Origin: Phoronis australis
Taxonomy: Eukaryota; Animalia; Phoronida
Direction: 5' to 3'
NCBI GenBank assembly: GCA_002633005.1
Contig: NMRA01000020.1
Location: 459,621-523,620, forward strand
DNA: 64,000 nt
Shown: positions 27,669-38,941 of the stretch, in pieces
Numbering within the stretch: the first letter of the stretch is position 1
Layout of the letters: each line of letters begins with the position of its first letter
Made by a program: the position numbers and the translations under genes
Notes under the pieces: generated by a model
The model's input: only the letters and a program-made list of their open reading frames with translations
Told to the model about the DNA's origin: nothing
Databases searched by the model: none

Positions 27669-30591
27669 CAGTGCTGTAGTGGTGAAATTAGAGGTAAGTA
27701 GGCGCCCAAAGTCCACCGTATCATCTTGAGCACTGAACGTAACTTACGGTGCGTAGGCGCTACTAGTCAGGTTCACTATGTCCAAATTTTGACTTTCGTT
27801 GGAATTTTTTGGGGAAAGTGGAACTATACATTTTTGGAAACCTCATACAATGACGAAATGAATCAGAAAATAATTGATTCCATTTTTTCGGTGGCCATCT
27901 TGGCGGCCATCTTGGATTTTCAAAAATGGCTCCGGTAAAATGGATTTTGCCCAATATATCCGCCCTTGGGTCACTGAGAATGTTAGTTATTATGGCTACA
28001 CCTGCAGTTCTGAAGTCAATGAATTGAAAATTTTAATTTTATTGGCGGCCATCTTGGTGGCCATCTTGAAATTTCACAAATGGCGCCCATAAAATACATT
28101 TTGCTTAGTATTTCTGCTCTTGGGTCACTTGAAATTTGCTAGTTTTAATAGCTGCACCCACATTTTGTGGGGTAAGGAATTGAAAAACGCTATTTCTAAA
28201 ATGATACATATAATCTAAATGATTTTAGTAGCAGATACGAACCCCCAGAATATTTAAAGGAATCACAGAAACGCAGATTAACCTACATGTATATTTACAG
28301 TGTATATCTATATCTTTTTAAAAGACATTTGAGACATATCTTTTGACAATTTAGTTATTATTTCCACTGTTCACTTGGGAATCCAGTTCTCCTCTACTCA
28401 ATGGAAATGCATTTTGCCTTTGACAATTGGATGGCAGATAAGCTTGGCAGTAACCAGGCTGAGGATCAATGACGAGAACAATAGGAGTTGTAGCCTGCTG
28501 GGCAAATCGACCAGAAACATGCTATCAGCAACTATGAATTCACCCTATTACCAAGAGCGATCTTTGTTGCCAGTGGGACAACGCTGTCATGCACAGACAA
28601 ATCGAATCGAATCCACCTTCTGCAGAAAGTTTCCGAAGCAGACGTCTTAGAACAGAACAGTCCTCAAGCTGCAAGAGAGGTTTTAGACCCAGAAAACATG
28701 TAAACAACATCCAACGCGTGTGTTCACCCAAGCCACAAAACTGCACGCGTGGAAAGTATGGAAGTGATTTTCTTAACTAGAGATTATGACGATATCATTC
28801 TGGTTTTTGACACCCACAAAGACAACTCTTTGAAGCAAGCCACAAGAGAAAAAAGGAGGCAGAGAAAGGGTCAAGTACAGTACCAGATTAGAGATGAGAC
28901 TTACATAAAGAACATCCCAATGAGCAGTTTCCTCTCCCATGACCAAAAAAGGCTCAACCTACTGAAAATCTGTCTGCAAAGACACTTGAATATAATAAAG
29001 ACTGCCAAGATAGCCATTACTTCACATTAAGGTTGCACAAAGAGCAACCCACGTGATCTACACCTAGAAGAAAACGATCACGAAAAAGCAGATGTATTGC
29101 TAATACACTGTACATCATGCTGTTCTGGCATCACATCAAAAGATCCCTGATTCTCAGCTGATGTTTTCTTTTCACCTGACATAGATTTACTGGTACTCGT
29201 CATTACCTATTATGACAGGCTTCTCAGAAATACTTCAGTTCCCATGGCATCTGGGATTGTGGATGTGAATCCAATATGGACAATATTACGTGCTGTCCGG
29301 GCAAATAGCTCTTCCTGCTTTCCATGCTTTTACATGGATAGACAATACTGGTCCATTCTGTAGGATGAATATATATTTTGAAGGCAAACACCGATGATAT
29401 CAATGCACAGCAGATTTTTGTGCTGCTTATGAAGTAACAGGTGAACTTTTTTCACATTAGCTCCTTTTACATGTGCATACTCACCACAGGGTATAGACAC
29501 AAATAGCCGGGCATCCCAGAGCTGAGATGGTACCTCTTCTTTAAACATACGGCTGACAGCGACAAACGTCCACCAACCATTGGTGCTTTGAAACAGCATG
29601 TGCTGAGGGTGTTTATTCAAGCCAGAGTGTGGGGCCAGGCAGTCACTGCTCGACAGGAGTTCCTTGAACCATTGCAGAATAAAGGACAAAGATGACCAGC
29701 TGAAACACTCACAACTGAGGAGCTTCCGGCACCAGAGGCTATCATTGAGATGGTTAGATGCCAGTGGAAAAATAATTCCTCTTCCCAAAGATGCTCTTGC
29801 TGATCAAAGGACCTATCTTACATAGATCTATGTAAGTATAGTGCAGAATGTCAGAATGGTGATGATGATGTGATTCCTGGTGACAGTGATAGCTATAGTA
29901 ATGATCTATAGACTGATTTCAAAGACTGTTGACACTACAAAAAAACATACTTTCTTGTTCTTCAAACATAAATAAGTTGTTTAGGTACTGATTTAGTTTT
30001 AAGTGGCTTGAAGGAAACAAGCTCCGAACAAAATATACAAGAAAGTAAGATAGTGATCATGTGTCGTATTACATGCGTTTAGAAAATGTGGCTGCTAATA
30101 AATGAGGTTTTGGTTATGTTTCTCATTTAATAAGTTGCGTTTTCAGATTTCTTGACCACAAAAATGTGGATGCAGCCATTAAAACTAACATTCTAAGTGA
30201 CCCAAGAGCAAAGATACTGAGGAAAATGTATTTTACGGGCGCCATTTTTAAAAATCCAAGATAGTTGCCAAGATGGCGCCCAAAAAAATTTAAATTTCCA
30301 ATTCCCTGACCTGAGAAATGCAGGTGTAACCATAAAAACTAACATTCTAAGTGACTCAAAAGTGGAGATATTGGGCAAAATCCATTTTACCGGCGCCATT
30401 TTTGAAAATCCAAGACGGCCGCCAAGATGGCCGCCAAAAATGGAATCAATTATTTTCTGATTTTTCATTCCATGAGGTTTCCAAAAATGTATAGTTTCCA
30501 TTTTCCCCGAAAAATTCCAACAAAATTACATAACAAACCTGACTATAAGTTCAAATGCCAAAAGGTGGATGGCTGCCCCACTACAGCACTG
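27669..30591 (+). mobile_element. Internally deleted Academ-like DNA transposon with 14-bp TIR, 8-bp flanking direct repeat and ~400-bp subterminal inverted repeats
   Basis: CAGTGCTGTAGTGG (27669-27682) / CCACTACAGCACTG (30578-30591); GTTGCGGT on both flanks (27661-27668, 30592-30599). Region 27765-28200 is inverted relative to 30140-30545 and carries ggcggccatcttgg repeats. Confidence 0.85.
28760..29880 (+). pseudogene. Disrupted C-terminal XPG/FEN1-like nuclease plus Cys-rich region of an Academ-type transposon protein
   Basis: Across frameshifts and stops: IILVFDTHKDNSLK, NDHEKADVLLIH (HEEAD-like), FSPDIDLLVL, ALPAFHAFTWIDNT (GxD-like), LRWYLF...PPTIGALKQHVLRVFIQARVW, PAPEAIIEMVRCQ...RCSC*...LC...CQN. 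Confidence 0.8.
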
Positions 30592-31564
30592 GTTGCGGTG
30601 AAGTAGTGGTTCGTTCGCAAAAAAATCCCGCCGGGATCGAATCACAATGATTTCCGCATTACTTCACTAAAACGTTGTTACCATAACAGCGGTCAATATG
30701 CAGTTATGAGAGGTCAGTATGAAGACTGACTCCAAAATATGAGCTTCTAACTTCATAAAATGTTCAAATTATATCATAAAACCAGGTAAGACCTTTTACT
30801 GTTACACAATTTACCCACGGGAGTTTCACTTTGCTGGTAATTTCAAACTGAACAAGTGTTTTGTTCTTACACCGGGAATTTCTTCATATATTTCCGTGTC
30901 ACTGGTAGCCTACTTTACGAAAGCTCTTTCACTTTTCAAATAACGATGGACTATCTGGTCTGGTAGGCCTACTCAGTGGCTAGCCCGGCGCATAAAATGT
31001 AGCGCCGTGACAAGATTGTAGAGGTAACGTGGTTCCGCAACAGCGAGGTGTCCATTCTTTGGAAGCCCTGAAATCACCTCGAATTTGACTAAAGAACAAT
31101 TTGAGAATACTTTTTTAATTGTATGGGGTCTACTCTAAAGTTGCTTTTGTGGTGGATGGTGGCTTTATGGCCACTTTTCGTGAGCTGAGTCATTCCAGTT
31201 ATAGCGTCTTTCAGTGAAGAACGAGTGATGTCCAGCTATGCCATGTACTATAAACGGGATGAGTTTACATCAATCTTGTTACATATACTGTCAATTAACC
31301 GGGTCCATCTTAGGTAATAAGTAAATGTAAAATCAATGTGATTTATTATTATGATTGTGGCTAATCTCGCATGGCCTATCATTCTCACAGACTGGTGTGT
31401 AGACGCGGAGAAAGATATTTTTGGGTGGAAAGGGACAAAATCGCGGTTATAGGGTCGAGAATATTGTTGGGTAGGATAGGCTTTTGACTATTCAAAATTG
31501 TTAGCTTCGATCAAAACCATTTAACAACAAAACTCCGCTGTGTAATTCTGATTAGAGTACCAGC

Positions 31565-31960
31565 TCAGTCTGATGTCCTGTATTCAGGGGAGAAAACTAA
31601 AAATGCGGGCATGCTATATCCGACCATTACCGTAAAACTGGTTAAAAAGTTTATCTCCTCTTCTCGACTTACGGTACTTATGCCCATTACAAAACCCTCA
31701 ATCAAATGCGTTAGGCCTACACTTATTTTTGTCGCCACTGTTTCATTATATGGCACAAGGTACCCATTGCGCAGCATAAACCTTTTAAAGATACTGTTCC
31801 GATTCGTTTTAGTAAAACGCCGCATGAAACGGATGCTCTTTCAACATGATACCAAATCTTTCCAAAATGTATATAACTTATTACATAACTTCTAAGTTTG
31901 ATTCTTGACTTTCTGGCAATGCACCAATAATATGGCTGCCACATTTGAATGACACTGATT
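31565..31960 (-). mobile_element. Degenerate 3' end of a LINE ORF2 (zinc-knuckle region)
   Basis: KLRSY...ATKISVGLTHLIE...TVSREEEINFL...AFLVFSPEY parallels the common LINE tail KLRTY..TKFRISxHxL.IE..REERIC..C..HFLLxCPxY, with the Cys/His residues lost. Confidence 0.4.
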
Positions 31961-32559
31961 TTCACTTTTTATAAACTTACGCTAAAACTGATAGTTAATA
32001 TACAAATATACACGCTGCTGCAATTTACGAAATGCTCGCTACTGTGGTGATAATTTTCATTTTACGAGAACCATAGTCTGTGTTTCAAACGGGTGAAAAC
32101 AAAGTAATAGGTATCTTTGAAAGTTCAGGAGATTTCCTATTTTGCGACGTCATTGCCCTATATACATACAATTGTCTGCATATTGCAAAACAACACGCTG
32201 TATAAAGACCTTATACACGGCCATAGTGGTTTTTAATGCTTTCCAGAAGTGACAAAATCAATTAGTTGAAAAGACATTATCGGGCACAATAATGTGCACT
32301 TGAGATCAGCTCCAACACGGATTCGAAGTCTAATCTCAACGATCGCAGTCCTACGCTTTGGCAGCAGAGCTATAAGCCAATATGGCGAGTGGTCGATTAT
32401 TAATTTTAGGCGTATTTAACCGATAAAGTATCCAGTCCTTGTTTCGGTTAATTCTACCGAACAGCTACATGCCAGTGTTGGGAATTGTCGATTTCTACTT
32501 GAAGACATACATGTATATGTATCAGTGCCAAGAAAAGGGATATTCTGAGGTCAGTTACA

Positions 32560-32618
32560 GCGCGGATTTGAACCTATGATGTCTGGGGTTACAATCAAAC
32601 ACTTAGCTGACGTAGCTA
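32560..32618 (-). repeat. tRNA-like (SINE head) relic
   Basis: Minus strand tagctacgtcagctaag...ataGGTTCAAATCcgc: degenerate A box and B box at tRNA spacing, without a full cloverleaf. Confidence 0.4.
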
Positions 32619-32773
32619 AATCCCTCTTCATAAGGACAGTGTTTTTTAAAAGGCGAAGGCAACTTTTTTCATGTCATTTTGAGCTAAAATAAGGTTGGTT
32701 GGTTGGTTATCCTAGACATATTTTCCACTTAATTACAGCTTTTCGTAATTTTATTAATTACTCGTCCTCTACT

Positions 32774-32811
32774 CCGGAAGTGACGTTTTAGAAGGCAAGC
32801 ATTTCGCGCCA
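32774..32811 (+). promoter_or_regulatory. Candidate promoter motifs upstream of the THAP ORF
   Basis: CCGGAAGTGACG (ETS plus half-CRE composite) at 32774-32785 and TTTCGCGCC (E2F-like) at 32802-32810, about 110-145 bp before the ATG. Confidence 0.35.
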
Positions 32812-32918
32812 ATTTCTTTTCATATAGTCTGACTGTGAGAGCTGCCGAGTCAGTCATTGTTCTACCTCGGTTGTGTTAAGTTACGTCGTCGTTTGCTTTC
32901 ATTTACTAGTCAGTCAAC

Positions 32919-33521
32919 ATGCCACATTGTTGCTGCGTACCGGGATGTACTAATTATCGTCTCACAAGCGCTTTGGGAGTACCTTAGCATCGCTTTCCGA
33001 TGGATGACACACTTCGCCGCACTTGGCTCGTTCGTGTGAAGAACGCAGCGTTACCCGTCCACGCAACGTACAAAGCAGTCGAGAATTATCGTGTGTGTGG
33101 CAAGCACTTTCTGCCGTCGGATTACGAAAGGGATTTGTACACTGAACTGATGAAGGTCCCTGCGAAACAACGCCTGAAGAAGGATGCCATTCCGTCTGTG
33201 TCAGTGCCCCGTCGCCACCCCCGAGAACTGCGTTTTTTAAGAGAGAAGCCTCGCGAGCTGTGGCCAGTACAGTGGCTGGAGCCAGTGGAGGCACTTCATC
33301 CACTGTCACCCGTGCCTCCGAACGTACCCCCAGAGCGTGCCATTCCTGGAACCAGTAGTGATTCGCCCTGTGCTGTTTCCTCCAGCCCAGAGCCTCTAAG
33401 CAGCCCTGCAGCGATATTGAGTAGTGAGAGTGATTACAGGCCAGTTCGACACCCAGTGAAGAGGACAGTTCGTCGTCCAGTGAACAGATCGGTGAGCCAA
33501 ACTTTGATAAGTTTATTGTGA
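32919..33521 (+). pseudogene. THAP zinc-finger ORF with one in-frame TAG; probably transposon-derived
   Basis: MPHCCCVPGCTN...VP*HRFP.D..LRRTWL...YRVCGKHF...Y...RLKKDAIPSV contains the full C2CH THAP signature and the AVPTIF-like box. TAG at 32985-32987; Pro/Ser-rich tail follows. Confidence 0.85.
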
Positions 33522-36500
33522 ACTTGTATAAAGTGTTGGAGCTATTTAGAAGGTGCCAGNCTGAACTGGCAAAGTCACCGACCCTGATTTGAGCGAAGGT
33601 CCGGCACTGAGACAACTGCATAAAATTGTGATTTGTAATAAAATAACAAAAACACAACGGATGCAGTTGTTTTCTCACTCTGTTCAAAGGTAATGACTTC
33701 AAGAAGGCTATCCCAACCACAAAATAATCCCCAAATGTCCCTTTAAATCACTCAAAGCACCGATTTTGTTATTTTATAGCCCTGGCCACACCAAATAACC
33801 TCAAAAAGTCTATCCTGTCCGAAAATAATCCCAAAACGCGTTTTGGCCCTAAACCGATATCGTCATTTGAAACGAAAACCAAGCTTTATTCGTGACCGTA
33901 CCGCTGCAAGCATGTGTACTCGGGGGGGAGGGGGGGGTACTCGACTATGTTTTTCCCCGGCTGAAACATCAAGATACTCATGCACCAGTGAATAGACTAG
34001 ACGAGCTTCCGTGAAAATGACACCCTTTTGCAGACTTCGTTCTTACGGATGTTGATTTTATAAACCTGTCCTCGGCTTTCGTAGAGATTCTTGGAAAGCT
34101 GCTTTTTAGCACTTTAAGCCGGAAACAATACAGAAAGAAATGCCATGCAGTCAAGAATGAGTACAAATTTTACAATCATAGTTTTAATTCAAGTTGTTTT
34201 AAAAACTCTCCTGCAGATTTGTGTAGTTGGAAAAGGGATTTTTCGAGTTTCGAACTTTTAAGGTCAAGGCGTTTGTAGGAATTTATGTCAGAAAAGGTGC
34301 AGATCGTGAGGAAACTGGTAGTAAAATCGTCACCTTTCTGAGCAGCACATCACCTCTTCTGAGGGAATATAGTGACCCCGAGATAAGAATGCATATAATT
34401 AGTTTCTACGTCAACCTCTACAGCCTTATCAATTTTTGCCAGAGAACAGTTGCAGCAACGCAGACAAATGATCGTCTGACATGATTGATCATGTTTGGTC
34501 CACTTTTTGCGCTCTTTCTGATGTTACCAATCATGTACATGCTGGATATATCATCACCATACGAACGTGGCCACTGTGCTGTTTGTATCACCAGTGTCCG
34601 TTTGGCAAACGGTGTGGAGTATAGTTCAACAAATGAAAATACGTAAATGCTATCATTTAATACGCTTACAGGTCATGAGAAATGTATAAAGGCACTCAGT
34701 GATGTAAAACAAATCTTCGTTCTAAGTTAAATACATGCAGTTTAATCATAAACAGTATCAAGGAAGTTGGATAAACACAATCGCGTCACTCGATCTGTGT
34801 CGCGTTAATAACGCGAGGAACTGTTACTATTTTTGAACAAAGCTGCTCACACCATGCAACCATCAAACTTGCACGTTGAACTAAGTTTGAGGTTTTATGT
34901 AACCACACCCTGGATTCAACACGGTCGATTATCAAAACTGTTGTGTGCGAAATCAAACGTAATTACTATAATCAGTCTATTAATTAGTTTGTAATTCAAG
35001 TTCCAATTGCGTCTTTACGCGCGCACCTTCATGCATTGATTGGCTTGTACCAATGTCAAACAAGTTGGCGGAATGTCTCGGCAGAAAGTGTTCGTGAAGC
35101 GATGAGAAATCGGAGAAAATTGACTGACGCCGTTACATTCACCCGAGACTTGAATCGTGTGCTCACTTAAGTTTGGTAAAGCTGAACTGGGTTTCAGAGC
35201 GTATTTTTGGAAAAGCTTATTTCTCCTCTATGCAAGCTGGTGCGGAGTCTGGTGCAATTAGGACACGGGGTCTATTTTGCGAAAATAACTAATGAAATAA
35301 GCTACACAGACGCTGACCTTATTAAACAAAGTTAAATTAACAAAAATGTGTAAGGGTTTAATTGCTGAAATTTACCTTTCCCAATTTTTGATGAAGCTGC
35401 AAAGCCGATACAGAGGGTGACAAAGAAATATTGTACTTCATCATTGCTGTTATTGATTTACACTATTTCCTTGAGAAATTTCTGATGCGTTTGACCTGTT
35501 CCTAATACTGCAGACATTTACAACAATCAAGACACCGACGCAACTTCACGGAAGCAGAAATGTACCCTCGTAAATAAACCGTCGCAAATTTGTAGCCAAT
35601 CTTTAATTTTGTGAACAGGCAAATCGGAAATGAAAGCTTCTACCAAGATGATAATGATTTAGACAACTTAAAGGTATAAAATTGATCTCAGTTTGTTTCT
35701 TTGTTTTGGAGATGGTTTCAGGTATTCGTTCTAGCTTGCTCGTGATTACGCTCTGTCGAGGAAGTTCATCACGGCCTGTCACTATTTTATGAGCCAAACA
35801 TTGTCTCGACAAAGAAGTAAACGAGCTCTTTGTTCTTAGCAAACCAGAAATTACTTCCCATCATAGTGAGGAACAAGTTGAGGTCAATTTTATATCGGTA
35901 AGGGCAAATATCAAAAGTTCGCGTCTTGCAAGGAACGCGGGTTTATAACGGATTTAAATATTCATAAGCTTTCTTAACTATATTTACAAAGGTCAACACC
36001 TACACGGCTCTTTTCAATGAGATGTGATGCCTCGGTAAGCTTCCGAGGCCATCTGCGGCAGAAAACTTTGTGATATCGGCCAACAGTCGGGTGGTTATCA
36101 TAATCTCCAGTCTGGTGTCAACGTCGAAAATCACTAAGCGCTACTGGTGATTCAATAAAAAAACGGCCGAACATCCTACGGTGTAGGTATCGCGATAGAA
36201 CTCAAGTGGTAGGATCTGTCAAGCACGGTTGGGTACGTGAGCGATGCGTAATTTTACGCCTGTGTTCACGCTGATTGTACAATTTTGAGACTTATCTAGA
36301 AGATTCATTTTCACACCTGAAATTATGCGCGTTCAATAGAGTTCTTAACGACACTAATGGCTGCAATTTTGTTGCCGGCAGGGTCTATAACCACAGTCAC
36401 CTGTCAAGAGACCTGCTTGTTTATGACCGCCTTGCGGCTGCCAAATTTGAGGAATGGAAAAATATTCATGATTGGTCGAGGAGATCGCAGATGACCACTG

Positions 36501-38699
36501 CTTCACTTAAAAATCGATCATAGGTTTTGAACATGTTCAAAATACAGTTGTGACCAAATATGAAATATGAGATAGGTGCCCGCATTCTTTGGTCGTGGGT
36601 TCGAGTTCCACTGGGTTACACTGCTTAACCCGTTTAGCCAAGTTTCTAGCCTTCTCATCTAGGTTTTAACCATATAGTAATAAAGTATAAAAATGGTTCC
36701 AGATCTGTGCAATGGGCTCGCATGCTTGGCCTGCGCACGTATGGTACAACGTGTATCAGACCTCGTGGAATTATTTTATATTAAATATGAAATGTTTAGG
36801 TCGTAAATTCTCGTGCCGCCCAGTATTAAGTTATCGCACAGCAGTCGCACATAATTAACATGTTGCACGATTTCTCATACAATTGCTTGAGCTACCACGT
36901 GACTGGCGGCATCATCAGTGAATCGATCAGTCTTGCGATATGCCAAGCTATTTTACAACTAGAGATACTGCCTCGCAATTAGTCGTGCTATTAGGTCTGC
37001 AATAGGCCTAAGTATATTTGATGAGTTCTTCAGTACAGTTCGGTGTGCAGGTGAATGTTTCACAAAGGCTTGGTAACTGCTGAAACACCTACAGTAGTCC
37101 AAAATATATATGGTAAAACAAAAAATCGCTCAACTGATCGCTGGACACTGACCGTAGTACTCGCACAACTAATAATGAACGCTTTCACTAGTATGATGGT
37201 TGACCTGCGAGCGATCGTGCAACCTGTCGGGTGATTAGCGACTACTAATTATGCGCGACTACTTCAGAATTAAAATAAATTCTTGGAAACTCGTGGTCAC
37301 TATGATCGTGTACTCAATACATGATCAAACAGTAATTATGTAACCGGGGCTTTAACTAGATTTAAATTGGAGCCTCTTCCGTTGCGGACTGTTAGTTATC
37401 TGTTTAGATGCCCTTGCGACATGACCTCGGCTGAGTCCTCAGTTACCGTTAATGTCGCCATGGTGGCCAATGCCTCGATTACTAGGCTAAGGCTTCAAAA
37501 ACAAGTTTCTTGAAAGGCGTATCTTTCCTTCTAAGGTGGTTTAATTGAAATTGGCGATAATAACACCAGTCCTGAAATTTCCACGACTGCCACAATGCTT
37601 CGACAAACCCGCCGCGCCGTGACCATTAACCAATAGTCGTCTGAAGCAATAACGCTAAAAGTCCATTATGAAATGGTGTTTTGGCAGAAGGCGTGGACTT
37701 TTTTGCACGTTTGATGGCAATGAAGTCACAAGTGAAGTGAACCTCACAGTTAGACCGGCCATTTTTAAACCCGTTTACATGACTCTTTTTACCGTTTCCG
37801 CACGAATAATTAGTTAGTAACTGTACCTTAACGAAAGAATATTTTTCTGCTTTCGTTTACAGCACCTAGTATTTGTGGATGAATATGGTGGATGATCGTT
37901 GTGTTTACACTTTTCCGCGCGCTCTGATTGGCAAGAATTTGTTTCGCTCGATTGACATGTCGGAACTAACTACGTGACTACTTTTGTGATACGGTGAACT
38001 GAAAGTAAAAATAGTATCACTCACGGGTACCAATGGGTTATGAGTGTTGTTTCATAACCACGTTGACAAATGAACGCCTCCTTGGCCTTCAGAAATCAGT
38101 GACTTAATGAATGATGGACGTTTGTGGTTCGTGCGACAGCGTTTGACAATTATGTGAAAACTACTTTTGGGTCCTATTATCCTGAGATCTGTTTCATGAG
38201 AAGTGACGTAAGACTTAGGACGCAAATTTCGTCCTCTTAACTATTTCTGAAAAATAATGAAATCTCACTTAAGCAAAAGTCGAGAGTCTCTGAGAATATA
38301 CACATAGCTATTAGCTACTGAGATAATTTCCGTAAAACATTCCTAGACTGTATGATAATTTCATAATTACTTGGCTGAAGTATTATTCACCAATTGAATT
38401 TATTTGATATTTTATTGCTGTGGCCTTACTAACAGGATCGAGTCGTACATTTAGTATGGACGTTTGGATTGTAAATAAACAAAAACGTGTTACAGTAAAA
38501 TCTGCAGTTTTCAACGGCATTTTTAAATACGAGCGACTTGCTCATTTGATTTGTTACGATGACCACTAACCCCGCTGGGTTATCTTGTGAGCGTGGTTAC
38601 CAGATCTTCGACCGTTGTAAATTTCAACGTTAGAGGTCGCGCTACCGTGCAGAACACAAAACGGCGACTTAAAGATTATTTGCGTGCTCCGAAGTATGG

Positions 38700-38941
38700 A
38701 GGCAACAAAACTGACTTAGCTAAGACAAATCTTAAATTTATGTAAATTTTAAAATAAAAGTTAAATTTGTCTCAAAACCAATTCAAGAAAGAGATCTTAA
38801 GTTTGACTTAAGTGTTTGACGTACGTTTTATCTCAACTTTCACTTAATTATAGAATGTTAAAGTTTCAAAGTTTGGAAGTTAAGACAAATCTTAAACTTA
38901 AGTCAAAAATGAACTTAAGTCAGTTTCTTGGAACAGGCCCC
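38700..38941. repeat. MITE fragment rich in (A/T)CTTAAGT motifs with a Harbinger-like terminus
   Basis: Repeated taagacaaatcttaaa / cttaagt motifs ending in tttcttggaacaggccc. Confidence 0.4.

Noticed and set aside
29330-29788. 152-aa minus-strand ORF
   Set aside because: Antisense to the decayed Academ-like coding region.
32962-33720. 252-aa minus-strand ORF
   Set aside because: Antisense shadow of the THAP ORF, with no recognisable motifs.
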